Source: Promethearchaeota archaeon | GTDB lineage: Archaea; Asgardarchaeota; Lokiarchaeia; Sigyniarchaeales; SOKP01 | Direction: 5' to 3' | DNA length: 18,223 nt | Assembly: GCA_048938025.1 (NCBI GenBank) | Contig: JBHLMP010000062.1 | Location: 1-18,223 of the forward strand | Shown: piece after piece, positions 1 to 7,884 of the stretch | Layout: each line of letters starts with the position of its first letter | How positions within the stretch are numbered: the stretch's first letter is position 1 | Notes under the pieces: model-generated | Told to the model about the DNA's origin: nothing | The model's database searches: none | Seen by the model: the letters and a program-made list of their open reading frames with translations, nothing else | Translations under genes and position numbers: made by a program

Positions 1-355
1 GTTATCTGACAAGGTATTGCCGGGCAGCCACGCGCTAACGGATAAGTGCTGAAAGCATCTAAGCACGAAGCCGGACCCGAAAAGAGTCAGCCAATCTCGT
101 ATAATAGAGTTATGAAGGGTTTCATGTATTTTGGTTGATATGGTTGATAAGACTGCCCTGTGTAGGTCGGAAGTCAACTAATTTGAAATATCATAATCTA
201 AATGGATGAGACTTAGAATAACAAGATCAGGGCGCGGTGACGCGAACTGAGTATACGAGACGAGTGCACCCATAAAAGATGGGGTTGGTGAGACGGGGGT
301 GTAAGTAGGGAGTTTTCGGGCAACCTATTCAGCCCGCCGTTCTCAATAGCACAAG
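1..355 (+). rRNA. rrl: 23S (LSU) rRNA, 3' terminal part (5' truncated by window; 3' end approximate)
   Basis: Universal domain VI sequence GGATAAGTGCTGAAAGCATCTAAGCACGAAGCC (40-72). Downstream of an insertion comes the H99-H101 region GTGCACCCATAAAAGATGGGGTTGGTGAGACGGGGGTGTAAG...TTCAGCCCGCCGTTCTCAATAGCAC, with GTGC 264-267 pairing GCAC 349-352. GC is higher than in the rest of the window. Confidence 0.96.
95..260 (+). other. Large rRNA expansion segment at the helix 98 / ES39 position
   Basis: 166 nt lie between the H97-side strand (GAAAAGAGTCAGCC) and H99, closed by a perfect 9-bp stem TCTCGTATA (95-103)/TATACGAGA (252-260). Internal hairpins: TATGAA-gggt-TTCATG (111-126), TGGTTGA/TCAACTA (141-147/174-180), and CGCG-GTGA-CGCG with a GNRA loop (233-244). 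Confidence 0.85.
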
Positions 356-456
356 TGTGTGGTGTTAAAAGAGGAATAGAAGGTTCAGGCTTAGAGTGTA
401 AGGGATTGTTAGAAAAGATGGTAAGTTATAGATGGTTTGATGGAAAGTGGAGTAAT

Positions 457-469
457 GGGAGTATGTTCT
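457..469 (+). repeat. 13-bp direct repeat copy 1 (GGGAGTATGTTCT)
   Basis: Exact copy at 1920-1932; both copies are intergenic. Confidence 0.6.
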
Positions 470-476
470 AGGCATA

Positions 477-490
477 ATTTTTTAAATTTA
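477..490 (+). terminator. Putative U-rich archaeal terminator of the rRNA transcript
   Basis: T6 tract (478-483) at the abrupt switch from the G-rich 23S trailer to AT-rich DNA, just before the convergent gene ending at 511. Confidence 0.3.
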
Positions 491-510
491 ATTATTCTAG
501 TGTACATTGT

Positions 511-972
511 CTAATCTATTTTAATTCCACAGAAAGGGCAATATTTTGCGGCTTTATCAATTTCTTCTCTGCAATAATCACAATATCTAATAGCAGGTTG
601 TAAATTTGCTTCTGGTTTTACTTTTTGTCCAAAATTTTGAAGAAGTGAAAATAATTTTGAAAAAAGTCCGTCAAACCAAGATTGTTTGAGTTTTTCAACT
701 CTGAATATATTTCGTGCAAGTGGAGTTGCTTCAACTCTTATTAGAGTTTTTTCTCCATCAAGATTATAAAAAGTAATGCAAATTCTTTTTTTCCAATTTG
801 GATCATGACCTGTATTAGTCATCATTGTCCCTTGCTTAGCCTCGATAAATGTTGGAGGCGATGACTGTTTAATATTTGCCTTATGTAGACTTTCTAGCCA
901 TTGTAATGTCAGATCAAACGCTTTATTAATATTTAATTTAAGTTTTTCCTCATAATGAACAGTAACTCTCAT
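511..972 (-). CDS. Hypothetical protein with C-terminal zinc ribbon
   Basis: 153-aa ORF with an alpha/beta N-terminal part and C-terminal CDYC-x11-CPFCG. Confidence 0.8.
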   Translation of the reverse strand: MRVTVHYEEKLKLNINKAFDLTLQWLESLHKANIKQSSPPTFIEAKQGTMMTNTGHDPNWKKRICITFYNLDGEKTLIRVEATPLARNIFRVEKLKQSWFDGLFSKLFSLLQNFGQKVKPEANLQPAIRYCDYCREEIDKAAKYCPFCGIKID

Positions 973-1201
973 TGTAAATCCATCCGATCTATCATTTATA
1001 ACATAGAAACATTTTTTTCTTAAAGATTTTGTGCAAATATTTTTCTATAATTAGAAAAACATATGATCTTTTTTTAATAATCTAAAGATATTTCCCAAAT
1101 CTATAAATTCTTTATAGACTAGAATTTTCAATGAAGTTAATAAAAAAAATTAATTTAATGAAATTTGCTAGATAAAAATAAGAGCATGGTGATAGAAAGT
1201 T

Positions 1202-1897
1202 ATGATAGGTTTGCCACAACCACGCAATAGAGAGCACCAAATTCCTCGGCTACAAGTAGCCCTAGACTTTGAAAACTTAGATGAAGCTTTAGCTATAGCA
1301 AAAGAAGTAGCACCATTTGTGGATATTTTAGAAGCGGGAACACCTTTAATAAAGTCTGAAGGTGTACGAGCTGTTCGAACATTAAAGGAGGCACACCCAA
1401 ACAAGTTAGTATGTGCTGATTTAAAAACCGCAGATGCTGGATACCTTGAGGTGAGAATGGCAGCACAATCGAAAGCTGATATTGTTACAGTACTCGCAGA
1501 TGCATATGATATTACCATTAAGGAAGCTTTACGTGCTGCATATGAATTTCAGGTAGAAATTATAGTAGACCTTATCATGTCTCGAATACCCTCCAAAAGA
1601 TTAACAGAAATTATTAACCTCAATTATAAAGATACAAAAATACATTATGCCTTAGTTCACAGTGGATTAGATCGCCAAGCGTCGAGACGAGCCCCGTTGT
1701 CAGAATTGGAATCAATATCACTTATACAAAACCATCCCCGATTAGCAGTTGCTGGAGGAATCCGTGTAAATGATATTTCTCAGTTATTAGTTTATCCTCT
1801 GGATATTATCATTATAGGTGGTGGAATTACTCGTGCAGAAAATCCAAGCAACGCGGCAGAAAAGATTCAAAAAGTTATATATAATTATTTTAGCTGA
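1202..1897 (+). CDS. hxlA: 3-hexulose-6-phosphate synthase (HPS / OMP-decarboxylase-like barrel)
   Basis: Motifs LQVALD, ILEAGTPLIK, ADLKTADAG, VHSGLDRQ, AVAGGI and IIIGGGIT are typical of the HPS/KGPDC family. Confidence 0.88.
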   Translation: MIGLPQPRNREHQIPRLQVALDFENLDEALAIAKEVAPFVDILEAGTPLIKSEGVRAVRTLKEAHPNKLVCADLKTADAGYLEVRMAAQSKADIVTVLADAYDITIKEALRAAYEFQVEIIVDLIMSRIPSKRLTEIINLNYKDTKIHYALVHSGLDRQASRRAPLSELESISLIQNHPRLAVAGGIRVNDISQLLVYPLDIIIIGGGITRAENPSNAAEKIQKVIYNYFS

Positions 1898-1911
1898 AGA
1901 AGACAGCTAAA
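1889..1911 (+). terminator. Hairpin overlapping the hps stop codon (possible terminator or stability element)
   Basis: 8-bp perfect stem TTTAGCTG (1889-1896)/CAGCTAAA (1904-1911) with a 7-nt loop AAGAAGA; TGA stop at 1895-1897. Confidence 0.35.
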
Positions 1912-1919
1912 GGTTGAAA

Positions 1920-1932
1920 GGGAGTATGTTCT
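1920..1932 (+). repeat. 13-bp direct repeat copy 2 (GGGAGTATGTTCT)
   Basis: Exact copy of 457-469. Confidence 0.6.
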
Positions 1933-2021
1933 GAATTTTCATAATAACATCTAACCTTAAATAAGAGAAGTTATTAATGATAATTATTAAAAACACTAGC
2001 TCTAAAAATAAGGGGATTAAT

Positions 2022-2225
2022 GTGGAGATTGATAAGGGATTTTTGACTGATTGCATATGTAGTTCAGTGTTTAGTGCTATATCGATAATTGCGATAATAT
2101 TTACTTTAATAACTGAAAGTTATGGAGATATAGTATTATTTTGGCTCTCATTAATAATATGGTCTGTTTTATTTATAGTATTCACGGTATTTTTAATATT
2201 AACAATTATCCAACATCTAAGGTAA
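2022..2225 (+). CDS. Small two-transmembrane-helix hypothetical protein (ORF track start 1977; GTG 2022 preferred)
   Basis: Two hydrophobic stretches (VFSAISIIAIIFTLI; IVLFWLSLIIWSVLFIVFTVFLILTII). The in-frame GTG at 2022 is preceded by the SD-like AGGGGA at 2011-2016. Confidence 0.6.
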   Translation: MEIDKGFLTDCICSSVFSAISIIAIIFTLITESYGDIVLFWLSLIIWSVLFIVFTVFLILTIIQHLR

Positions 2226-2394
2226 TATTGGATCACTGTATTAAGTGTATAAGAATTAAGAATAAGTAGAGCTACGTAAATAATTTACTATTTTTGTCAA
2301 TAAATTGATTCTCTAAATTATTGTAATTAGAAAAATTAGAATTATTGAAATTATAATTAATATTATTCAAATTATAAATTATAAGTAATACATC

Positions 2395-2408
2395 GAAAGG
2401 TATATTAA
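2395..2408 (+). promoter_or_regulatory. Putative archaeal BRE + TATA promoter for the acyl-CoA synthetase gene
   Basis: GAAAGG followed by TATATTAA about 45 nt upstream of ATG 2451. A similar GAAAGGTTATA lies at ~4417-4427 upstream of the 4476 gene. Confidence 0.4.
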
Positions 2409-2450
2409 CAAAATTCAAAAATTCAACCTATAATCAAATGAAAAAGTGCA

Positions 2451-3947
2451 ATGGAATTGGTAAGTACAAATATAATTGATATGTTTCTCTATCCAAAATC
2501 CGTAGCAGTGATAGGAGCATCAAAAAATCCGGCAAAAGGAGGATATCGTATAGTAGATAATCTTAAATCAAATAATTTTAAAGGAAAAATTTATCCTATT
2601 AATCCTAACTCAAAAGGGAGACTATTTGACTTAGAATTCAAAAAATCAGTTCTAGAAATTGAAGAAGAAGTCGATCTTGCGATTTTTTATGTGTCAAATC
2701 GCATTATTCCAGAGTTATTAGAAGAATGTGTTAAGAAAGGGATTAAAGGAGCCATCATTGAGGCTTCTGGATTTGAAGAGGTAGGAGATAAAGGTATTGA
2801 ATTAAAAAATAAAATTCTAAAAATTACAGATGATTTTTCTAAAATTCGAATAGTAGGGCCTAATTGTATGGGTCTTACTAGAATTGATGGAGACAGTATT
2901 AGTGAAGGTGATGAAAGAGGGGGTTTCTTTTCTAGTTTTGGTGTTTTTACTCAATATAAACGAGGAAATATCGCAATTATAAGTCAATCTGGAATGCTAA
3001 ATGGGGGATATCTCATGTATATAATGGAGAAATATCCTAATCTCGGTTTTAGATATTCATGTTCTATAGGAAATAAAATGGATTTAAGTGAAATTGAATT
3101 TTTAGACTATTTGATTAATGATTCTACCGTACATGTAATTGCTGTATATCTTGAATCATTTAGAAATCCTCGAAAATTTATTGAGTTATGTAGAAAATCA
3201 AAAACTATTCCTAATAAAACGATTATTCTAGTAAAAGGAGGTTTAACTTCTTTAGGCCAAAAAGCTTCTTTAAGTCATACTGGGGCTCTTGCTGAAAATT
3301 CAGAATTGATAAATGCAATAATTAAACAATCAGGTGTTATTAGAGCCAATAACTTTCATGAATTATTCCAGTTTGCAGGAACATTTTCAATGATGTATAA
3401 TACTAGCAAAAACTTACCTAAACAAGGAAATGTAGCTATGATTGCTGGCTCTGGAGGTGCTGGTACAATTTCGGCAGATCTTACAATGCAGTATGGACTA
3501 AATTTTCCAATCTTAGACAATGAGACATACAAAACTTTAGAAGAGGTATTTCCTGAATGGATGCCCCCAAATAAATTTGCTTTTATAGATATATGGCCTG
3601 CGATGGAAAAAGCGATGATGAATGGTATTAAGACTGAAGTTGTAATGAATAAAGTATACAATGTAATATTAGAGAAATCTGAAATTGAGGGTATATTTAA
3701 CATGTTATTTTGTTCAAAACGTTTTAGTGCCACGAATAATTACGATCAAATAATAGAAAATGTTAATAATGCAAAAAAACCAATTTTCTTTTGGTTGATT
3801 GGTGAAAATGATGAAGTTAAGCGTATTTCAAATATGCTAGCTGAACATAATATACCAGATTTTCCTAGTCTGGAAGAACTAGTAAAAAATTTTTGGATTT
3901 TAGTTCAAGAATCAAAGAATAAACAGATTAAACAATTATTAACATAA
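2451..3947 (+). CDS. acdA: ADP-forming acyl/acetyl-CoA synthetase alpha subunit (CoA-binding protein)
   Basis: PKSVAVIGAS, IYPINP, GPNCMG, SQSG, SIGNKMD, VYLES, phospho-His motif SHTGALA, and SGGAG. Confidence 0.88.
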   Translation: MELVSTNIIDMFLYPKSVAVIGASKNPAKGGYRIVDNLKSNNFKGKIYPINPNSKGRLFDLEFKKSVLEIEEEVDLAIFYVSNRIIPELLEECVKKGIKGAIIEASGFEEVGDKGIELKNKILKITDDFSKIRIVGPNCMGLTRIDGDSISEGDERGGFFSSFGVFTQYKRGNIAIISQSGMLNGGYLMYIMEKYPNLGFRYSCSIGNKMDLSEIEFLDYLINDSTVHVIAVYLESFRNPRKFIELCRKSKTIPNKTIILVKGGLTSLGQKASLSHTGALAENSELINAIIKQSGVIRANNFHELFQFAGTFSMMYNTSKNLPKQGNVAMIAGSGGAGTISADLTMQYGLNFPILDNETYKTLEEVFPEWMPPNKFAFIDIWPAMEKAMMNGIKTEVVMNKVYNVILEKSEIEGIFNMLFCSKRFSATNNYDQIIENVNNAKKPIFFWLIGENDEVKRISNMLAEHNIPDFPSLEELVKNFWILVQESKNKQIKQLLT

Positions 3948-4475
3948 AGTTAATTATTAATAAATGCCAAACCAGATATTTTTATATTATATGGAGTGAT
4001 TCATGAACTTCATATGTTCCTTTAAATTATCACACACATCTAATAAATGTTCATATAATACTTTTCTAGTCGATTTGGGGAATTCTAGTTTTATGTGAGA
4101 TAATTTTTTGCTAACTTTTTCATCTAAATTACCGGTATAACAATTTTTGTTAATTCAAACTATCAAAATCTTCTATTTAAACAAATAAGTCAATTTCCTT
4201 ATTAAAAGATTGATTAAAAAAATAAACGTGAGTATTAATGCTATAAAAAACAATTAAAAGGAAATTCTTTTATTTGAGGTCTTTTAATGAAAGTTTTATT
4301 TGAGATTTATGAAAATATAACGATTAATATTTTTACTATTTCTATTTAATTACTATATATTTAAAAATTTTTAATCTACTATAAATAAAACAGAAAAAAA
4401 ATATAGAATTAATATAGAAAGGTTATAGGGGGTTATTCATTTTTAATTCATTATAAATAGATAATCGTGATTTCG

Positions 4476-5849
4476 ATGGTTTACTTCCAGATTAATCGTA
4501 TTGGATTTAATTGTGGATATTCTAAAAATAAATGTCCAAAGAATGCAAGAAGCTGTTCTTTGTGTATTAAAAATAAATTAAAAGAACTAGGATTTGAAAT
4601 AGATTCTAATCTAGAAATTTTTGAATTAGATTCTGAAGAAAAAAGGCTTAAATTAGAACGAGATATAATCTGGCAAAGATTTCTGGATGTTTTAAACATT
4701 AAGACTATTATTATAATGGATAAAGAATCCGGCTTAACGTTATTGAATTATAATGTTTCTGGAGTTGATATTGATGCAAGTTTATTGAGTGGCTTTATAC
4801 AGGCGAATATTACATTTTCAGAATCTAGTAAAGTATCAATCCATAAAGCAAAATCTATGTTTGAATACCACTTTTACGAATTTCAATATAAAAATTTTAA
4901 TATATTACTTAAGGATGGAAAATATATCCGAGTCTGTTTAATTCTTGACCATAAGGCTTCTGATGAAATGAGAAAAAATATGTTTCGGTTTCTTGACGAA
5001 TTCGAAGATCATTTCAAAGAAGAATTTGTTAATTTCCAAAGTAGTGGTTCTATTGATTTAAAAGATATGGTTGAGAATATAATAAAATCTTTTTATATTG
5101 ATCTAATTTTCCCTATGACTCTAGCACATTCAATTCCTCCACTTGAGCTAGAAAAAATTAGCAGAAATTTAATTCAAAAAGCAATTATAAACCTAGCAAA
5201 AGAATTAATCAGTACAAAACCATTTTTTTTTGTTAATAATATGCTTAATAGGCTTAAAAAAATTGTTCATATCGAACCTAATATTGTTCTCTATGAAATT
5301 TATCAGTTATTAGAAAAAAAAATTATAGTACCTACACCTATTGAAACAATAGTAAATAGAATAGAGACGCTTCAAGAAGCAAATCATGAGAGAATCACTA
5401 AAATAAAATCTATATCATCTATTATTATTGATGATAGTGATATTGATGATTTAAAGGAAAATTTAGAAAACATAGATGAAGATACAGCGAAGAAAATGAT
5501 ACGAGAGTTTATGAAAAAAGGAAAAACAGCTGAGAAGGAATCTGTATATCAAGCAACAAATAAAGAATATAATAAAGCTTTATTTATAGCAAAAGAATTC
5601 AATTTAAAAGAAGATATAAATAAAATATCACAAAAAATTTTTGATCTAGAAAGTAAATCTAAACAAATCGAATTGAATTATAACATTAAAATGGCTGAAA
5701 ATGCTGAAAAAAATGGAGATTTTATTAATAGTATAAATTACTATCAGAAAGCTTTGAAGATCTTTGAAAGTTTTCTTGTCTATAATATTGTAGATCCTCG
5801 AATTAAAAAATTTAAGAAAAAAATCTTAAAACTTCGAGAAGAAATTTAA
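4476..5849 (+). CDS. Asgard-type longin-domain protein: N-terminal Cys cluster, longin-like domain, probable winged helix, C-terminal TPR/MIT-like helices (ORF track start GTG 4467)
   Basis: C-x6-C-x6-C-x2-C near the N-terminus. IKTIIIMDKESGLTLL...IDASLLSGFIQA...EFQYKNFNILL...VCLILD...FLDEFEDHF follows the beta-beta-alpha-beta-beta-beta-alpha longin pattern. VLYEIYQLLEKKIIVP is wH-like, and AENAEKNGDFINSINYYQKALKI is TPR-like. Confidence 0.7.
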   Translation: MVYFQINRIGFNCGYSKNKCPKNARSCSLCIKNKLKELGFEIDSNLEIFELDSEEKRLKLERDIIWQRFLDVLNIKTIIIMDKESGLTLLNYNVSGVDIDASLLSGFIQANITFSESSKVSIHKAKSMFEYHFYEFQYKNFNILLKDGKYIRVCLILDHKASDEMRKNMFRFLDEFEDHFKEEFVNFQSSGSIDLKDMVENIIKSFYIDLIFPMTLAHSIPPLELEKISRNLIQKAIINLAKELISTKPFFFVNNMLNRLKKIVHIEPNIVLYEIYQLLEKKIIVPTPIETIVNRIETLQEANHERITKIKSISSIIIDDSDIDDLKENLENIDEDTAKKMIREFMKKGKTAEKESVYQATNKEYNKALFIAKEFNLKEDINKISQKIFDLESKSKQIELNYNIKMAENAEKNGDFINSINYYQKALKIFESFLVYNIVDPRIKKFKKKILKLREEI

Positions 5850-5938
5850 TATAAATAGCTCTTATTCTATAATTTTTTTTGGAATATTTCAAATTGATTC
5901 TAAGTCAATTAAACAGTTAAAATTCACTAATACAAAGA

Positions 5939-6823
5939 TTATGAAAAAAAAGTACCATGAGAAAGCTTCTCAGATAAAGGCATATCATCATTATAAAATC
6001 CAGAATCAAGAAATTTCAGTAATTCACTAATCTTTGGATATTTATCATAAAAATATTTAAGAATTCGATGGAAAAAAATGTAAAATTTTCCATATGAAAT
6101 TTTAAAATCCTTAAATTCTTTGTAGTTTAAGTGAAGTATAACTACGTTTGCAAATTCTTCTTTCATTTTTTTTGGTAATTTTTCAAATATATGGAGGAGG
6201 AAGGATTTATTATACATTAAATCTATAAATATTGCTAATTCCATTATATTCTTTATCCTTAAATAGTTAAGCGGTGAAAAATTCATAAATCCTTTAAGTT
6301 TGTTAACTATAATTTTAACCACTTTAACTTTTAACTGATCAAATATATATTCTTTCTCATCCTCATTTAAGTAATTTAAATACCCATTATAAAGTAAGCA
6401 TTGTATTACATTTAATTGCCCCTCTTCAAATCTTTTAGCGATTTCTTCTTTAAATACATTTTTTGCGATAATATCTCCTACCTCGGTTAATCTTTTCAAT
6501 AATGGAAAAGCTAAATTTGAATGCATTAAACAACTATTATAATTATTTTCATACCACACCTGTAGATTTGAACAATGACCCCAGAATTGAATTTCGGGAG
6601 AAATCCTATAATCTTTATTTTCTGAAACTTCTAAAGTCTTATCTAATTTGTCAATAACCTCGTTAATAGAAGAAATTTCTTCAAAAGATTCTATTTCACT
6701 TATAGGGATTTCTAATAATAGGTATTTACATTGTAAAAATAGTTCATTATTCACATAAATATTTGTCCTATCATTTTCCAACCTTAGATCAAGAAATTTG
6801 TTTATTGAATATTTTACCATCAA
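5939..6823 (-). CDS. Lokiarchaeal expanded-family hypothetical protein (N-terminal domain usually seen in front of leucine-rich repeats)
   Basis: Recognised from memory: INKFLDLRLENDRTNIYVNNELFLQCKYLLL...FWGHCSNLQVWYENNY...HSNLAFPLLKRL...FKEEIAKRF. No LRR consensus in the C-terminal half. Confidence 0.75.
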   Translation of the reverse strand: MMVKYSINKFLDLRLENDRTNIYVNNELFLQCKYLLLEIPISEIESFEEISSINEVIDKLDKTLEVSENKDYRISPEIQFWGHCSNLQVWYENNYNSCLMHSNLAFPLLKRLTEVGDIIAKNVFKEEIAKRFEEGQLNVIQCLLYNGYLNYLNEDEKEYIFDQLKVKVVKIIVNKLKGFMNFSPLNYLRIKNIMELAIFIDLMYNKSFLLHIFEKLPKKMKEEFANVVILHLNYKEFKDFKISYGKFYIFFHRILKYFYDKYPKISELLKFLDSGFYNDDMPLSEKLSHGTFFS

Positions 6824-6891
6824 GGAAATTATCAGCTAGTAATTTTTTTTTTCATTAATAAAGAAGTTGCAAGATTGATCTAATCATAATT

Positions 6892-7539
6892 TTAAGTGTT
6901 ACAAATTCTATATAACTCATCATAAATTTTAGAAAGTCTTGATATTACATTATAATCATTTTGCTGCAAATAATAAGAGATATAACCAGATAAACCCTGA
7001 GGATTTTTAATCCATTCTAAAAAACCCTCAACTTCCGCTTTTAAGACTGTATCAATCGTTATATATTTTGGAGTTACAATAGGTGTTGTATTTTGTATAA
7101 GTTTAACTTCACTTTCGCTAGATAAATCTACTTTAGTTTCAATGAATTTCGATTTTGAACCTTTTTCTATCATTGCAGCAGCTCTAGCTATAGCAGGATA
7201 AGCCATATGAAACCATCCTTTTGCCTTAGGCTTTATATGCGCAATCATATAATTATCTCCATCTGGTGTAGAGGCACCAACTAAATGTCCTTTCTTATGC
7301 CGATTAGTACCAATAAAACGCTCTGGTTCCATTTGAAGGATAGAATACCTGATTTTATTCAAATTCACAAATTGGGCATTTCCACTTCCCCAACTTGAAA
7401 GTAAATCTTTAATATCACTTTTAACATTCCAGTTATCGGTTGAATATAATATTTTACCTGATCTATTTACAATTACCACTTCTGATGCATCAGAATAATG
7501 TTTTTGCAAATCCTTAACAAGAGATTTATAATTAGTCAA
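6892..7539 (-). CDS. Asgard profilin with a ~90-aa C-terminal extension
   Basis: The first ~125 aa match Loki-type profilin features (VIVNRSGKILYSTDNWNV; IRYSILQMEPERFIGTN..KGHLV; MIAHI; closing helix). The TTG start is supported by SD-like AGGTG 7 nt upstream. Confidence 0.8.
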   Translation of the reverse strand: MTNYKSLVKDLQKHYSDASEVVIVNRSGKILYSTDNWNVKSDIKDLLSSWGSGNAQFVNLNKIRYSILQMEPERFIGTNRHKKGHLVGASTPDGDNYMIAHIKPKAKGWFHMAYPAIARAAAMIEKGSKSKFIETKVDLSSESEVKLIQNTTPIVTPKYITIDTVLKAEVEGFLEWIKNPQGLSGYISYYLQQNDYNVISRLSKIYDELYRICNT

Positions 7540-7546
7540 ATTTACA

Positions 7547-7551
7547 CACCT
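7547..7551 (-). promoter_or_regulatory. Shine-Dalgarno-like site for the profilin gene
   Basis: AGGTG on the minus strand, 7 nt before TTG 7539. Confidence 0.45.
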
Positions 7552-7884
7552 TTTATCAATAAATGAATCACTTTTTAAGTCCTCAATCAGTTAAGATATA
7601 TTCTTAATAATATTAAAGATTTTATATCATTTTGGTAATAATATACTAGACCCTAACTTTCCCATTGTTTTCTTTAAAATAATCTTTCTAATAATATGCT
7701 TTAAGATTTTAAATGGAAAAATTAATTAATTTGACTTTTATGTCAAATCCCAGAGAGAATATATAATTTTCACGAATCTGATCTAAATTTTATATATTTT
7801 GAAAAAATTTTTTTTTGTTCTAATATTACGGAAATCAAATTTTATTGTCATTTTTATATTTTAAACTAAATAGATAATATTATC

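Noticed and set aside
95-260. Insertion interpreted as an rRNA intron or homing-endonuclease element
   Set aside because: No ORF, no clear bulge-helix-bulge at the junctions, and the position coincides with the variable H98/ES39 site.
1168-1518. 116-aa minus-strand ORF
   Set aside because: Antisense shadow of hps; no motifs.
1895-1954. Selenocysteine or readthrough at the hps TGA because of the overlapping hairpin
   Set aside because: The HPS domain is already complete, readthrough adds only ~19 unremarkable residues, and no SECIS-like structure was recognised.
3356-3733. 125-aa minus-strand ORF
   Set aside because: Antisense shadow of acdA.
4481-4699. 72-aa minus-strand ORF
   Set aside because: Antisense to the longin-domain gene.
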